DNA from: Kudoa neothunni
Taxonomy: Eukaryota > Animalia > Cnidaria
DNA: 64,000 bases
Assembly (NCBI GenBank): GCA_964304625.1
Contig: OZ199839.1
Span: forward strand, 1,188,021 to 1,252,020
Direction of reading: 5' to 3'
Shown here piece after piece: positions 29,114 to 42,517 of the stretch (the stretch's first letter is position 1; each line of letters opens with the position of its first letter). A program made the position numbers and the translations under genes. The notes under the pieces were generated by a model. The model made no database searches. It saw only the letters and a program-made list of their open reading frames with translations, and was not told the origin of the DNA.

Positions 29114-30804
29114 CAGTGTGGCACCGATTTCACGTAATCCCCTCGAGACCAAGAGAAAAAGTGCGTAAAATCGGTCACGTTCAGGGCTTCCAAATGAGAC
29201 TATCAGAGAAAAAACAATAGTATTATTAAAAAAACAAAATTTTTTATTTTTAATGCATTTTCTAATTACTGCCGTCAATTTGAATCATCTTAATTATCTT
29301 CACAACCCTCGGTTAAGAGTTAAGAAGCGTGACCTATTTTTCAAGCAAACAAGGTATCGTTGATGTAAGCAGCACCGTTGCTTACATCATGTATTAGTTT
29401 TATTTGTTGGATTCGTCGTCAAACACGTATTATTATTATTATTTCTTCTGATCAACTGCTTTTCTCATTAATGAATAAATTCGTTCAATATTTTGCAGTA
29501 GCTGGAATTTCTGACCTTAACATCTTGATCAAGCCAATATTCAAAACCTAGTTTTAATCAATCTTGGTTGGAGCATATATTATCCCACGCTCTTTTTTGA
29601 GCTCAGTTTGAAATTTCACGCATACGTTAAAATAATATATGCCAATAACTTCAAAATATGTTATTAAAAAAACTAGAAAATTTAAAGACGGCGTTGAAAC
29701 ATCCAAATACAATCACAGAATAATAAGAACAACTGATTAAATAACTATTGTCCACAGGTTGGAAAACAACGCGTTGCTGACGACCGTGATATCGTTCTAA
29801 AATTTCGAATAATTTTAAGAATAATTTTAATTATCTCCATTATTAAAACATTAAATATGATTATTCTACTTAATTCTAAAACTTATCATTTATAAACTGA
29901 TCTCAAAGAATTAAATAATCTAAAAGTTTTTTAAATAAACAAAAAAACTCAAAATTTGGTAAAAAGTGAAAAAACCCAAGGTTTGGGTTTGGACGCCCTG
30001 CTCACGTCCAATTTCATGCACTTGCGTGCGCGATTATTTCAGAAAAAATTGACGTTTAATATTGATTAAATTGCGTTTATAAAGGCTAATTAACTATATA
30101 TTAATTTTTAAACGATAATTAAAATTCGAGAAACGTGTTAACAGCACAAAAATATTTTGCAACGATCTATGAAATACTCTTCTTGTTGCTATCGGTAGAA
30201 TAAGGCAGTTTCGCTTACATTCTAAATAAGATTTTCAGATTATCTTTTAAAAAATGTTCTGATTTGATTGGTCTACTCTGAAGTAATTTCAGATGTCGCA
30301 TCAGCAGATTAGCTAATAAAAAAAGATTTTTTAATGTTTGACCTTTTTTAAAACAACGAAACCCTCAACGAACTGCACGATTGCACATAAAGGTAACCCT
30401 TTTTCTTTGGCTAACTGATTTCTCTTGATAATTATCGTGACGACGCTTACTACAATCTTTTTGCTTCGTGTCCACCCAACCCACTCATATACATCTTCAT
30501 CAACAGAATTAAATTGTCCTGCATGCAAATAATTTCTATTTTTAGATTCAACAAACATTTATAGGTTTTGATTACTTTATTTTTCATCTCTAGGATGCTA
30601 TTAGAAGTCAAGATAATAGATATTTTAAAACGAGATACAATGGCAGTTTTTGGGTCACTAGATTAATGACTTTCACAATAATAAATAATATTTTATTTAT
30701 CAGCGATAAGTATAATTATAGGAGTTTATGACATTAGATATTGATTTAACTAAATAATAAACAAGAAGTACCCGGATAAAGTGCGTGAAATTTGTTACTT
30801 ACTG
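29114..30804 (-). mobile_element. Decayed Tigger/pogo element
   Basis: Imperfect TIRs (cagtgtggcaccgatttcacg / cgtgaaatttgttacttactg) flanked by TA. CENP-B HTH remnant GQFNSVDEDVYEWV in ORF 30331..30558. Confidence 0.65.
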
Positions 30805-30943
30805 TATTTAAAAATGTTAAATAATTATATTCTATGAATAAGTCGATTCTAAGTGAAGTGTATAACTAAAAAGAAACTATTTGTATTGGAAGTACCAGTA
30901 TAGTATTACTTTGTATATTAACAAAGAATTTTAAAGTTTATAT

Positions 30944-31956
30944 CAGGGGTGCACAAACCGTGGCCCTCAACGAGCTTTTTTGTGAACCGCGATGAACTAT
31001 AATTAACTTCAGATTAATGGTGTACTTTTAAATGGAATGAAAAAAAGAATTAGATTACTTGACTTCAAATGGTTTATGTAAGTTATTGAATATATCGAGA
31101 ACACCTAATGAATGTACTAAAACAATTTATTTGAGTTCTTTACTATATGCGAACCATTAAGATCGAAACATCAAAAAAACTCTCTGAATAGGCAAAAAGA
31201 TTTATTTCTATTAGCCACTTCATCACTTGATATAGAAAAGGCATATTTTAATCGAAATACATGTAATAAATTTAATTATTCCGTCTTGAGTGTTAATGGA
31301 AGAGGAGAAAATCAAACAGGTACTGGGCGGATTTATGATTTAAAAATTCGTTGATGACGCTTACTCGAAGTTTAATTTAATTTAAGTTAAAATAAAATTA
31401 ATAGTTAAAGCATGTTTTATAAACGATGAGAAATAATAAGGTATTTATATTATGCTAATAAATCAAAGTTTTCGGGAAGTTTCTGTGAGAAAAATAAATA
31501 AACTTTGGCACAAGGGATAAATATCCGTTATAGTTGATGATGAGCACATATAAATGAGCAATTTAAACTGTATTTCACGTACGCGCACACAATCATTTTC
31601 CTCCACCAAGATGTATCTCATATTTAGCTTAGCTTATTTTTATTTTATTTCCAAGGTAAAACGACTGAAATTCAGAAAAAAAGTTTATGATGAGAATAGA
31701 AAACTTAATGACGCCTGGGTAGAAAAATATTGTTTTATTCAACAGGGGACGAATATTATTTGTTTGCTATGTCATTAGTTATTCGATTTAAAAATATTTA
31801 GTAAACTTATTATTCATTAATCGTTTTGAATATTGCGTTTCAAAATCCACAAATGTATCTAAAATGTGAACTAGAACCTTAGTTTTTAACTTTCTAACCC
31901 TGGAAGTTTTCGAAGATTAATATTGGCCTGAGGCTCCAAAAGTTTGTGCACCACTG
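30944..31956 (+). mobile_element. Non-autonomous hAT (Charlie/Buster-type) element
   Basis: TIRs caggggtgcacaaac / gtttgtgcaccactg with a degenerate 8-bp TSD gtttatat/gtctatgt. N-terminal transposase remnant RKKVYDENRKLNDAWVEKYCF...CLLC. Confidence 0.8.
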
Positions 31957-33254
31957 GTCTATGTTGATCTATATTGATATTGCATACGAGCATGTGTTTG
32001 AATCAGCGAGAATAAAAACGCATTTATGAATATGTAGCCGACATAAATATTTAACTAATAATTTGGATTATGCGTTCAATTTCAAGATGTATTTAAAGTC
32101 TATTCATAATTTTTTTAATAATTGTATAAATTTTACCATAAAAAAAAGATGAGAAATTTTTTAGATAATTATAAAATTTTAAAATTGAGAAAATGTTTAA
32201 CGTTCAATAATTTAAAATTAAAAAAAAGATTAAAAAGTATAATAAATTAAATTTTTGGATGCCTGCTTTGAGTGAGAATTATATTATTTTTTCGTTATGG
32301 AGAAAATAGTATTCGCATTCACGAAGAGCAAAATAATTAATGGCTAATTATATTAATATCAAGTACTTCTGAACGATTTTTAAGTATAAATGAGTCGTTA
32401 TTTTACCAATACCCAAACATAAATAAGAAGAATTTCTATTTAAATTTGTATCCCATTTAAGTCTCAGGGGACATTTAGAATAGGATCATTTAAATCGCAG
32501 TATATTTTTATAATCATCCATGAAAAGGGATATCTATTTTAAAATTGTGAGTCATTATAATTATTGGATTAAATTTCAGTTGTTTAATCTTCTATTTTTT
32601 TTTAAATAAACTGGTAATAGTTAGTTAAATATTGAGCCTTTAATGCATCTATTAAACTTAAATCGTTAATTGCATTTTTATACATATTGTTTTTGATTTT
32701 AATAAGAATAAAATGTTTTTAATAACTTAATAGATGTCTAAATATAATTGACCCTGAGAATTGTAGGATTTGTGCAGGTAATGTCTGATCAGCATTGTAC
32801 AGTCTAAATTAAACAATAAAGGGAGGAAAAAATACATTTTCTGCAATGTGGTAAAATATCAAATTAAAAAAATATTTTAATCTAAAAGAATTAATAATGA
32901 TTGTAGTTTATTTCAATTTTTTGATTAAATTTTAAGTTATTTGTTTTTGAAATGTGTAACGTAATTTCATAATTTCATGTATCATTTAGAGAAATTTAAT
33001 TTTAGTTACATGACACTCGATTTTTTCTGATACTAAAATAATAACCGAATTCTGGCTCGTATAGAACATTAATTAATAATTCAAATCATAATAGGCCTTA
33101 TCTTCCGAATAAATTTAGCATATTGATTAATTAATGATTCACATTTGCAATGGGTTTCTTTTTGAATAATTTTTATTGGGCACTTAATGTGTTATTTAAA
33201 AAGACTAATTTATATATTTCGTATGAATTGAAAATATTCAATTTATAATAATTA

Positions 33255-35046
33255 ATGTTTGAACGAAATGCGATACATACAAATTCGCTTGATCGGAAAG
33301 TAATGAAAAAGTCAAAGAAAGAAACAAAAAAAGATGACTTTATGTCACAAAATAAGGACTTGCTTGGTAAACTGAGCAAAGAAAAAATACACATAATTGA
33401 TGACATGATGGAAGAAAACAAGTTCTCCCTTGGACTGATTGTCAGGTCCTCCACCGTACCTAGGTATTTTCATGGAATTACAGCCACTTTGTTTCCTCTC
33501 ATGATACAAGAAAATGTTTTCAAATATGCGCTAGCTCTCCAAAATGAAATATGCAACATATTTGATAAGCTTTCCATCAACACCGCGTACATTATCGATA
33601 ATACACGCCAAACCAATCTGAAAGAGAATTTTGTCAACAAAATGCTATACATGTACGCTAAAAGCTCAGATAAAACTCAAAATCGATGCCTTCGAGCCAA
33701 CGTCATCCGAACCACATTCACTATAGAAGCTTCCACAAAAGCTCACACACCTGTTGAAAAAATGCTAAAATTTCATAGTCTCGAAACATGCTCGTTCAAC
33801 TCAATCAGTTTTTCTTCCCCCATGGTTTCCATACATAACAAAATAATTGACTATCTCAATTACGGTAAAAAAGACGAAAATATTCTGTATCAAGGTAGTT
33901 TGGTGAGTGGAAATATCGGATTGCTGCCTGGTATTTATTATTGATATTTTTATAATAATCTATTATGTATAAAAATATTTATTTTGAACTAGGTATTGGA
34001 CAATTTATTGCCATAATATGGAACGAATATCGAAAAAGAAATGTCGCCAATCATACGGCTGATATGCCACTATATATCCTCGTAGTGATTAACAAAAGTA
34101 GTATCTATACCACCGACCACACTAAACTATGTGACTGCATCAGTGAAAGCATCAATACTGCTCTTGAAGCTGAAAACAACTTTTTCAAACAAGTTTGTTT
34201 AATGTTTGTTACCCAACTGTGATAGAGTTTTCTTATAGGAACGACCTAGAGTTTTTCTTGTGTCGCTGATGGATATCAAGGCTGCTCTCAGTGTCGATGA
34301 AAACAATGGAAACCTATATTATAGCGACCAAAAAAAAGATATTGCCAAAGGAGAGGTTTCTGTGGTTTATTTCAAGTATTAACTTATTAATTGTCGTAAA
34401 ATTTAGTGTATGAATCGTTTTTAGTACTGGAGATAAATCTCGACATTACAAACTCGATGCTATTTGGGAATTACGTTCCACTATTGAATTTTCAAATGCT
34501 ATAAAAATACCTTCTCTTGGAATGCAACTACTTAAGTATATTGATATTTCAAAGCAAATCTATAAATCAGACGCTACCTCAAACACTGGATTCTTTAAAA
34601 CATTTAAAGAAAAACTTTCGAATCTTTTCTATAAGTCAACCTATTTTGACGAGAATCCTGGATTTTTTGAAAAATTACTTAACCATGCGAAAAAAGATTC
34701 CAGCAAGTTTATCATTAGAGATGCCAACGGAGACTTGATTGAAGGTGAAAAACTTGCGCAACTGATTGATAACTACGAAAATGAAGCGGACACCAAAATT
34801 CTCCAAGGCGTTTCTATCCAAAAGTTCCCCACTCCAATGAGCCAATTCAATTATGTTAAACAACCAACTGATAGTGATCCTGCTCTTGTTGAATGCACCC
34901 CTCTTCTAAGCATTTGGGGTCTCTATATTCATGACTCTAAAAAAGAAATCTATAATAGAGTTGCCGGCTACAGTTGCTTCTGCAAGTTGTTGCAATCAGA
35001 AAAACAAGAAGACAGTTTAATCCACTCCTCTGCCATTCTCTATTAA
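33255..35046 (+). CDS. GSS: Eukaryotic glutathione synthetase-like protein, predicted catalytically degenerate (exons 33255-33930, 33993-34192, 34239-34375, 34425-35046; 544 aa)
   Basis: Colinear GSS scaffold motifs: TLFP..., ALALQ, FVNKML, VSVVYF, WELRSTIEFSNAIKIPSLGMQL, L.IWGLYI, RVAGY. The spliced ORF has no stops or frameshifts, but most active-site motifs are substituted. Confidence 0.8.
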
Positions 35047-35468
35047 TTTGTTAATACGGCATATTACTTAAATGTCGAATTTTAATAATTCAATCGTTCT
35101 TTTTTCATGTTTTCAATGATAGTGTAATCTTTAATTGAAATCTACGATTAAAATTTCGTTTGAATTAATCCAAACATTATTTACCATTTTTTATTTATTC
35201 ATTGCTTCCAAAATAAAGGATACTTTAATAAATATACTACGTTTAATTAACACAAATATAAACAGGAAAGTTTCATGTCTATCTCGAAAGGAGTAAATGC
35301 ATATTTTAATTTTATATTTCCTGTACAAATATCAATTGTTATAAAATTATTAGTATGTAGAATAAATAATACAACGCTTTGTCAAATCATAATAAAATAA
35401 AAATAATTTGAAAATTTCAATATAAATATATTTTGTTATTATCTAAACTACTTAAGATTGTTCATTAA

Positions 35469-36989
35469 CTAATTGCTAAATATGAGCTTCACTATCTTTG
35501 CGGCTAATTCCAGAAAAGAAGGATTCGCGGCTTCTGATTGCCCATCTCTAACTTTAGCCTCTTCTCCTGTAGTTGGAACTAATTGATCTACTTTTCTACT
35601 TTGAGCAGTATGAGTTGCTTCTCCAGGCACAATTTTTAAAGGTGTTTCGCAAATAGCTTTACATGCTACGTCAGATTTGAAGTTATTCAAGTTCATCTTT
35701 TTTCCATTGAAATTAAAGGGTTGGCAACTTGTAGCGTTATCTCCGGTTGCTACGTAGTAATGTCGAGGTAATGCGTATTTATCATCTCCAGTTGTCTCAC
35801 CAACTTTATTTTGTTTGCAAATTTCGACAGCTTCGAGTTCACCAAGATGGGCGGCTAATTAATAATTAAGGAAAACAAAATTTAATAATAATATTATTGT
35901 GAATTACTTGCAGGGCAAAAACTTGCACAGAGCTCTGCTGAACTAAAAATATTATATGAACCATCATCAATTTTGAAGGTTTCAGGAGTTTGGGAAAAAA
36001 ATGGAAGACAGGCTTTTTTTTCATTGTGGAAATAAAAATATTCTTTTATAGTACCATCTTCAGTTGTAATTTTTTTAGTAGGCTGAACTTGATATGGACC
36101 AGTTGCAATACAGGCAGCGACCAGCTCAGCTATTTTTTTATTAGAAAATATTTTTCACACAATTGAATACTTATGCACGTTTCTACGCATTTAGGTAACT
36201 CATCAAAATATCCCCTTTGTGCAGTTTTTCCAACAGCGGCATAAACACATCTTTTTTTATCTTTGTGTAGAACGACTCCCATTTTAGGCCTTTCGTCATC
36301 TACTTCTGCTGCGAAGCCGCAGTCAAATTTATTAGGAGTCGGTGTTAATGGGCTATTTTTATCAGTACTAGGGATACCACCATTTTTCTTATCTAATTTA
36401 AATTTTCCCATAAAAATGAGTTTAAAATTTAAAAAATTAGCGTTACTTTGACAAGCATTTTTACATTCAATTTCGGAATCGAAATTATTTGCATTTCCAC
36501 CACATCCACTGTATTTGAATTTGTGGCAGGAGTATGCGACTTTGCCATCAACATCCGCCTTTGAGTAATACCACCTTGTTTGTCTTTTCTCCTCTGGTAC
36601 TTCACAGGTGCCTACTGATTTAGTTTCCCCACACGCCTTTGATTTCTCCTCAGGTGTAAATGTAACTATTTCAAATGTTATTAAAATATGGGATTATTGC
36701 AATATACGGTGGTATTGACAAACCGCTTTTGACACAAAGTTATTAAAGTTTCCAAGGGAACCTTTATATTTGAATGACTTGCATGTAGCAGTAGCTTTGT
36801 CGACATACCATCTATCAACTACAGCTTTTTTTTGTTCATCTGCGCTCATCCAAGAAGGAGGTTCCCCCTCATCTAACCTGTAATCGGTTAAAGCCTTTTC
36901 TAAAATAACATTATAACCAAAATAGATTAAATTAATATACCAGCTGATACGATTTCTAAAAATAATAATAAAAATGGAAAAGTCAACAT
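35469..36989 (-). CDS. Secreted five-Kunitz-domain protein, copy 2 (intact), with S/T/P-rich tail and terminal amphipathic helix
   Basis: ATG at 36989 (MLTFPFLLLFLEIVSA) and the same 6-exon phase-1 structure as copy 1. Exons are in frame, ending PSFLELAAKIVKLIFSN. Confidence 0.9.
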
Positions 36990-38349
36990 TCACTTCTTTA
37001 ATATAGTAGACTATTAGGTACCGTATTTGAGCGAGATGTAAATTACATTTATTATACGGATGAATCAAACATCAATTGATTCATTACTTAATGTAGGATT
37101 ATCTAAAATTAAATAAATACAAAAAAATATTTGAATGACTGTCATAAATAATACTAATTATACATTATATAACCCATAAAACACAGCATAAATGTTCCGA
37201 TTTAATTTTTATTTTAAATTTGATATCTATAAGATCATAGATAATGTCCGAAGGTTTATAATTAGTTTATTTAGAACAAAGAATTTTTTTACAATATAAT
37301 AATTAAATGAAAAAGTATTTTATTTCTTGGTATTATTATGATCCCTATATTTTATCTATAATTAATGATACATGGCACTCACTAATGTGCGAATGGTTTA
37401 AACTTTATTAATTTTTTGAATTAAAATTATAAAATTAATAGATGTTTTCGATCAAGAGTTACAATTTACAAATTCCTGACTTAAACTTAACAATATTTTT
37501 TAAACAATGTTTCACCAATCTAATTTATATATATTCTATTAGCCCTTTTGATCCCAGTATATACTTAAATATACATAAACAGAATTTAAATTCTCAGGAT
37601 AATCTCCAAGCATGTTGGTTTCTTCCGGTAGAAAATAAAATTAAAACTTTATCATACTCTTATTTCTTTTATTAATTTAAAAATTAATTTTTAACCATCA
37701 ATTTTTAGTTAAAATTAAATAAATAATAAATATAAAAGATTCAAAGACCTTTAAACACTAAATATTATTGGTTCGGTTTTGAAAAGGTAGTCCATTATTG
37801 TATATCCCTAAGGAAAAATTTTTCTGTTAGTTTAGTTTAAAGGTTGTTTGATATCAAAATATTAAATGGAAAATTTTAGAGAAAATAAAAAGTAAGAATA
37901 TAAATTTCGATAAATAAAATAATTGGGGGATTCCTAAAATACCCCATCCGACCCGTTAGGTTTAAAATAGTTCAATCCTTTTTTCATATTTTATAAGCTT
38001 GTGTAATTTTTAGTTAAAATCCCCCATTAAAGCTTTAAATTAATCTAAATTTTATTCACTATTTATCACTCTATATTTTTTTAATGTTTAATAATAAAAC
38101 GAAATTTTAATAAATAAACGACGTTACACCAACACAAGTATAAATATTAGAATGTTATGTCGAACCTTAAATTTAGTAGTAACTGTGTATTTAATTTTAT
38201 TTGACCTCTCCAAATATCAATTGTTATAAAATTCTTGGTATGGAGAATAAATAATACAACGCCTTGTCAAATCATACTAAAATAAAAATATTTTGAAAAT
38301 TTCACTATAAATATATTTTGTTATTTTATTAATTATTTAAGATTTTTCA

Positions 38350-39882
38350 TTAACTCGGACCTAGTATGAAATACACTACAGTATCTAATAATTTCAGAAA
38401 AGGATCCGAAGATTGTGAATCTTTTGCAACTTTGGTCGTTCGTTCTTGAGATGGTGGTGATTGACTCCCACTGCCGGCCTGAGCAGTAGTTGAGACTTCA
38501 TTCGTAATTTTAGTTGTTAAAGGGTCTTTACAAATAGCATTGCAGGCGTCGTCAGTTTTGAAGTTATTCAAATTCATCACTTTACCGTTGAAATTAAATT
38601 TTCTGGCAAGTTCCAGCGTTAGTGCCGGTTGCTACGTAATAATGTCGAGGTAATGCGTATTTATCATCTCCAGTTGTCTCACCAACTTTATCCTGTTTAC
38701 AAGCTTCGACAGCTTCGAGTTCACCAAGATGGGCAGCTAATTAATATTTAAAGAAAACAATATTTAATAATATTATTATTTTGAATTACTCGCAGGACAA
38801 AAACTTGCACAGAGCTCTGCTGAACTAAAAATATTATATGAACCATCATCAATTTTGAAGGAGGTTTCAGGAGTTTGGGAAAAAAATGGAAGACAGGCTT
38901 TTTTTTTATTGTGGAAATAAAAGTATTCTTTTATATTTTCCCCATCTTCAGTTATAATTTTTTCAGTAGGCTGAACTTGATATGGACCAGTTGCATTACA
39001 GGCAGCGACCAGCTCAGCTATTTTTTGATTAGAAAATATTTTTCACACAATTGAATACTTATGCACGTTTCTACGCATTTAGGTAACTCCTCAAAATATC
39101 CCCTTGTTGCAGTTTCACCAACAGCGGCATAAACACATCTTTTTTTATCTTTATGTAAAACAACACCCATTTTCGGCGTCGCGGTGTCCACTTCAGCTGC
39201 GAAGCCACAGTCAAATTTATTAGGAGTCGGTGTTAATGGGCTATTTTTATCAGCACTAGGGATACTACCATTTTTCTTATCTAATTTAAATTTTCCCATA
39301 AAAATGAGTTTAAAATTTAAAAAAATGGCGTTACTTTGACAAGCATTTTTACATTCAATTTCGGACTCAAAATTATTTGCATTTCCACCGCATCCACTGT
39401 ATTTGAACATGTGGCATGAGTGAGCGCCTTTGCCATCAACATCCACCTTTGAGTAATACCCACCTTGTTTGTCTTTTATCCGTTGGTACGTCACAAAGTC
39501 CATCTGATTTTAGATTCGCCACACGCGTTGGACTTCTCCTCAGGTGTAAATGTAACTATTTCAAATGTTATTAAAATATGGGATTATTGCAATATACGGT
39601 GGTATTGACAAACCGCTTTTGACACAAAGTTATTAAAGTTTCCAAGAGAACCTTTATATTTGAATGACTTGCATGTAGCAGTAGCTTTGTCGACATACCA
39701 TCTATCAACTACAGCTTTTTTTTGTTCATCTGCGCTCATCCAAGAAGGAGGTTCCCCCTCATCTAACCTGTAATCGGTTAAAGCCTTTTCTAAAATAACA
39801 TTATAACAAAAATAGATTAACTTGATATACCAGTTGATACAATTTCTAATAATAATAATAATAGAAATGGAAAAGTCAACAT
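38350..39882 (-). pseudogene. Five-Kunitz-domain gene, copy 3; three +1 homopolymer frameshifts (pseudogene or assembly error)
   Basis: Extra bases relative to paralogs at about 39510 (T4), 39460 (C3) and 38600 (T4). Otherwise colinear, ending DPFLKLLDTVVYFILGPS. Confidence 0.6.
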
Positions 39883-40779
39883 TCACTTCTTTATTAAAGT
39901 AGACTATTAGGTACCGTATTTGAGCGAGATGTAAATTACATTTATTATACGGATGAATCAAACATCAATTGATTCATTATTTAATGCAGGATAACTTAAA
40001 ATTTAATAAATATTAAATATTTTGCATTAGTTGTACTAATTTTCATTATAACATATATTAACCACACAACCTAAATATGACAAATTTAATTTCAAATTTT
40101 GATATTTATAAAATCATATACAATGACCGAAGATTTGTAATCTAGTTAATTTAGAACGAAGAACATTTATCTATTGTTAAAATTAATTAAAAATGTTTAT
40201 CTTCAGAGATTATTACGATCAATTCATTTTACATAGGATTAACGGCACTCAATAATGAGAAAATGATTTAGATTCAACTAATTTTTTTAATTTAAATAGG
40301 AAATTTAATAATTATGCAAGATCAAACTTTCTAATTTATAGCTAAGAAAATTAAGAATAATATTTTTTTAAAATATGTTTTAAATTTTATTTTATATATA
40401 TTTTATTAGCCCTTTTGGTCCAGCGTATACTTAATTATACACGATCAAAAGTTGAATTCCCTAGACGCTCTCGCTTGACTATTCCATCTACAATAATTTC
40501 TGAACATTTTATTTAATTTATTTTTTCAAAAAAGATATTACGTTATTACAGTAAACTTAAATAGGAAGATATTAATAAAATTATTAAAATTGCATTGTTT
40601 TGAAAATAGGATAATTATTCAAGCGTTGGTTCAAAATTATAATAACACGCAGCTATGTAAAAAATATTTTTTCATAATAAAACTAACAAAAATATTTGTA
40701 TGAATTATCAAAACAAAACATAAACTTTCAAAGAGATTCACATGTAAATATATCTGTATATTTAAATATAAATTAGGCC

Positions 40780-42510
40780 CATATGTAACGGAGTTGACCA
40801 CCCCATAACGGATCACGACGTTAGATCAAAAAGCTACAACCTAGTTCTATATCTGAATACGTTGTTGTTTATCAAGTTCTGAAATTGCTTATCCAGGTAA
40901 AATCTCAAAATAAGATAGTATTACTGTGTTATGTATATGTAACGATGGTCCAAAGTAAAAGTGAAATATTTCAACTGATAAATATTGTCATTTTAATGAA
41001 ATAAAAGAAATTAAAATTCTTAATGGAAAAATTTCTTGCGATTTTTAAGCGATTCGTTGTTTAACATGATTGTCCGAGACACCAATACAAAATCTTTCCA
41101 ATATGAATCTTTTCTTCAGAAACTACGTTGTAAAGATAAGAAAATACATAGATATCATTCTTAAACGGAAATGTTCCCAATTCCTTCGATTTTTTACAAT
41201 CTCCAGGATAATTTGAACTATTTTATTTCTACTTTTTCCAAAAGTTTAAGATTTGAACTTTTACTCTATATTAATATATACATATTTAATTCAATTGCAA
41301 AGCCAAAATAAAAACCAATTAATCTTCAAGACACGATAACAGTTTCCCCGCAATAAGACACATTACATCATTTATTATCATCATTTTTAAATATTAATCC
41401 AAAGAGAAAATATTTAATAATTAAACAAATGATCCCTTTTAAGGTGCACAGGACGCAATTTAAAATATGTTTAAACATCTATTTAACTGAGGGTTTAAAA
41501 TTTTTATAAGGCGCGGGATGTACGATTTTATTTGATTTACCGTTCATACTATAGAAGTCTTCACAAGAAATAAAGTAGGTACGGATTCGGAGGACTGTCC
41601 TTAAATTATGTAAATATACGTCATATTTCCCAAAAATAATTGTTATTTTTTGATAACTGGTTCACAAATATATCCACGCAGATAGTTTGTTTAAACAATT
41701 CTTTTCTACCAACGCAATCAGATCAAATCCCCGAAGAGGAAAGGTTGTGGTGTTTTCGAATGTGTCGAATACCTAAAATATAGAATTTTAACTTATTGGA
41801 TTTTGGCTATGTGGTTAACATAATTATCTTCAACTCATTCGACGTTTGAAGCTGCTAGATCAATACAAAGCTTTTTGCAGACCAAAAAGTTCTCAATATT
41901 CTATGCCAATATTTCCCAACCTAGGGATCATGGACCCCCAAAAGGTCCCTGAGAAGTTTTTAATCTTAGAGACATAGTCATTCGTAATCCGCAGTTACTA
42001 TAAATTACGACTGCAGAAAAAATTCCGGAACAATAATGCCATAAATATAAATTTACGTGGTTAATACTCTTAAAGATTCATATTCGATTAGCTTAACTAG
42101 TCGGAAGTCAGTGAACAAAAAATGTTGGAAAACATTGTTCTGTACCCCTCTGCGGTAACCGAATACAACGAGAACAATGGTGGAGTAGATGTTTCGAATA
42201 TATCAAACTGAACGTGTGAAAAATTTAGTATAGGAATATTTTATTGGGCTATAAATATTTCTATCTGGTAGTCGTAGTTATTTTACAGAAAAAGTTGTAG
42301 AATGAGGAAGGTTGAAAGCAATAGCACTTTTTATCTACCAGGTTTTACATCCAAAACAGGATTTTATGGCTAGTAACAGTAAATTTATAATAGAGTATCC
42401 GGCTATAGTTTTTATGCAAATTGTAATAATCAGAAAAACAAGACAACAATTTCATCTTTTCCTCGACAATTCTCTATTAATCAGCTAATAATCTATACTA
42501 TTAAAAAATC
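40780..42510 (+). mobile_element. Decayed piggyBac (PGBD2/3-like) transposase remnant; paralogs at about 48830-50580 and 57430-59190
   Basis: Remnant motifs MIPFK, FDNWFT and EYN...GGVD. No intact ORF; boundaries approximate. Confidence 0.65.
41907..42137. mobile_element. Small hAT MITE inside the piggyBac remnant (also 49980-50212 and about 58584-58814)
   Basis: TIRs ca(a/g)tatttcccaac / gttggaaaa(c/t)attg with an 8-bp TSD ttctat(g/a)c / ttctgtac. Confidence 0.7.
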
Positions 42511-42517
42511 TATTTAA

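Noticed and set aside
36900-37068. N-terminal MIHP.NKCNLHLAQIRYL extension of the Kunitz ORFs in the track
   Set aside because: It reads through the promoter, exon 1 in another frame and intron 1. The real start is the MLTFPFLL signal-peptide ATG.
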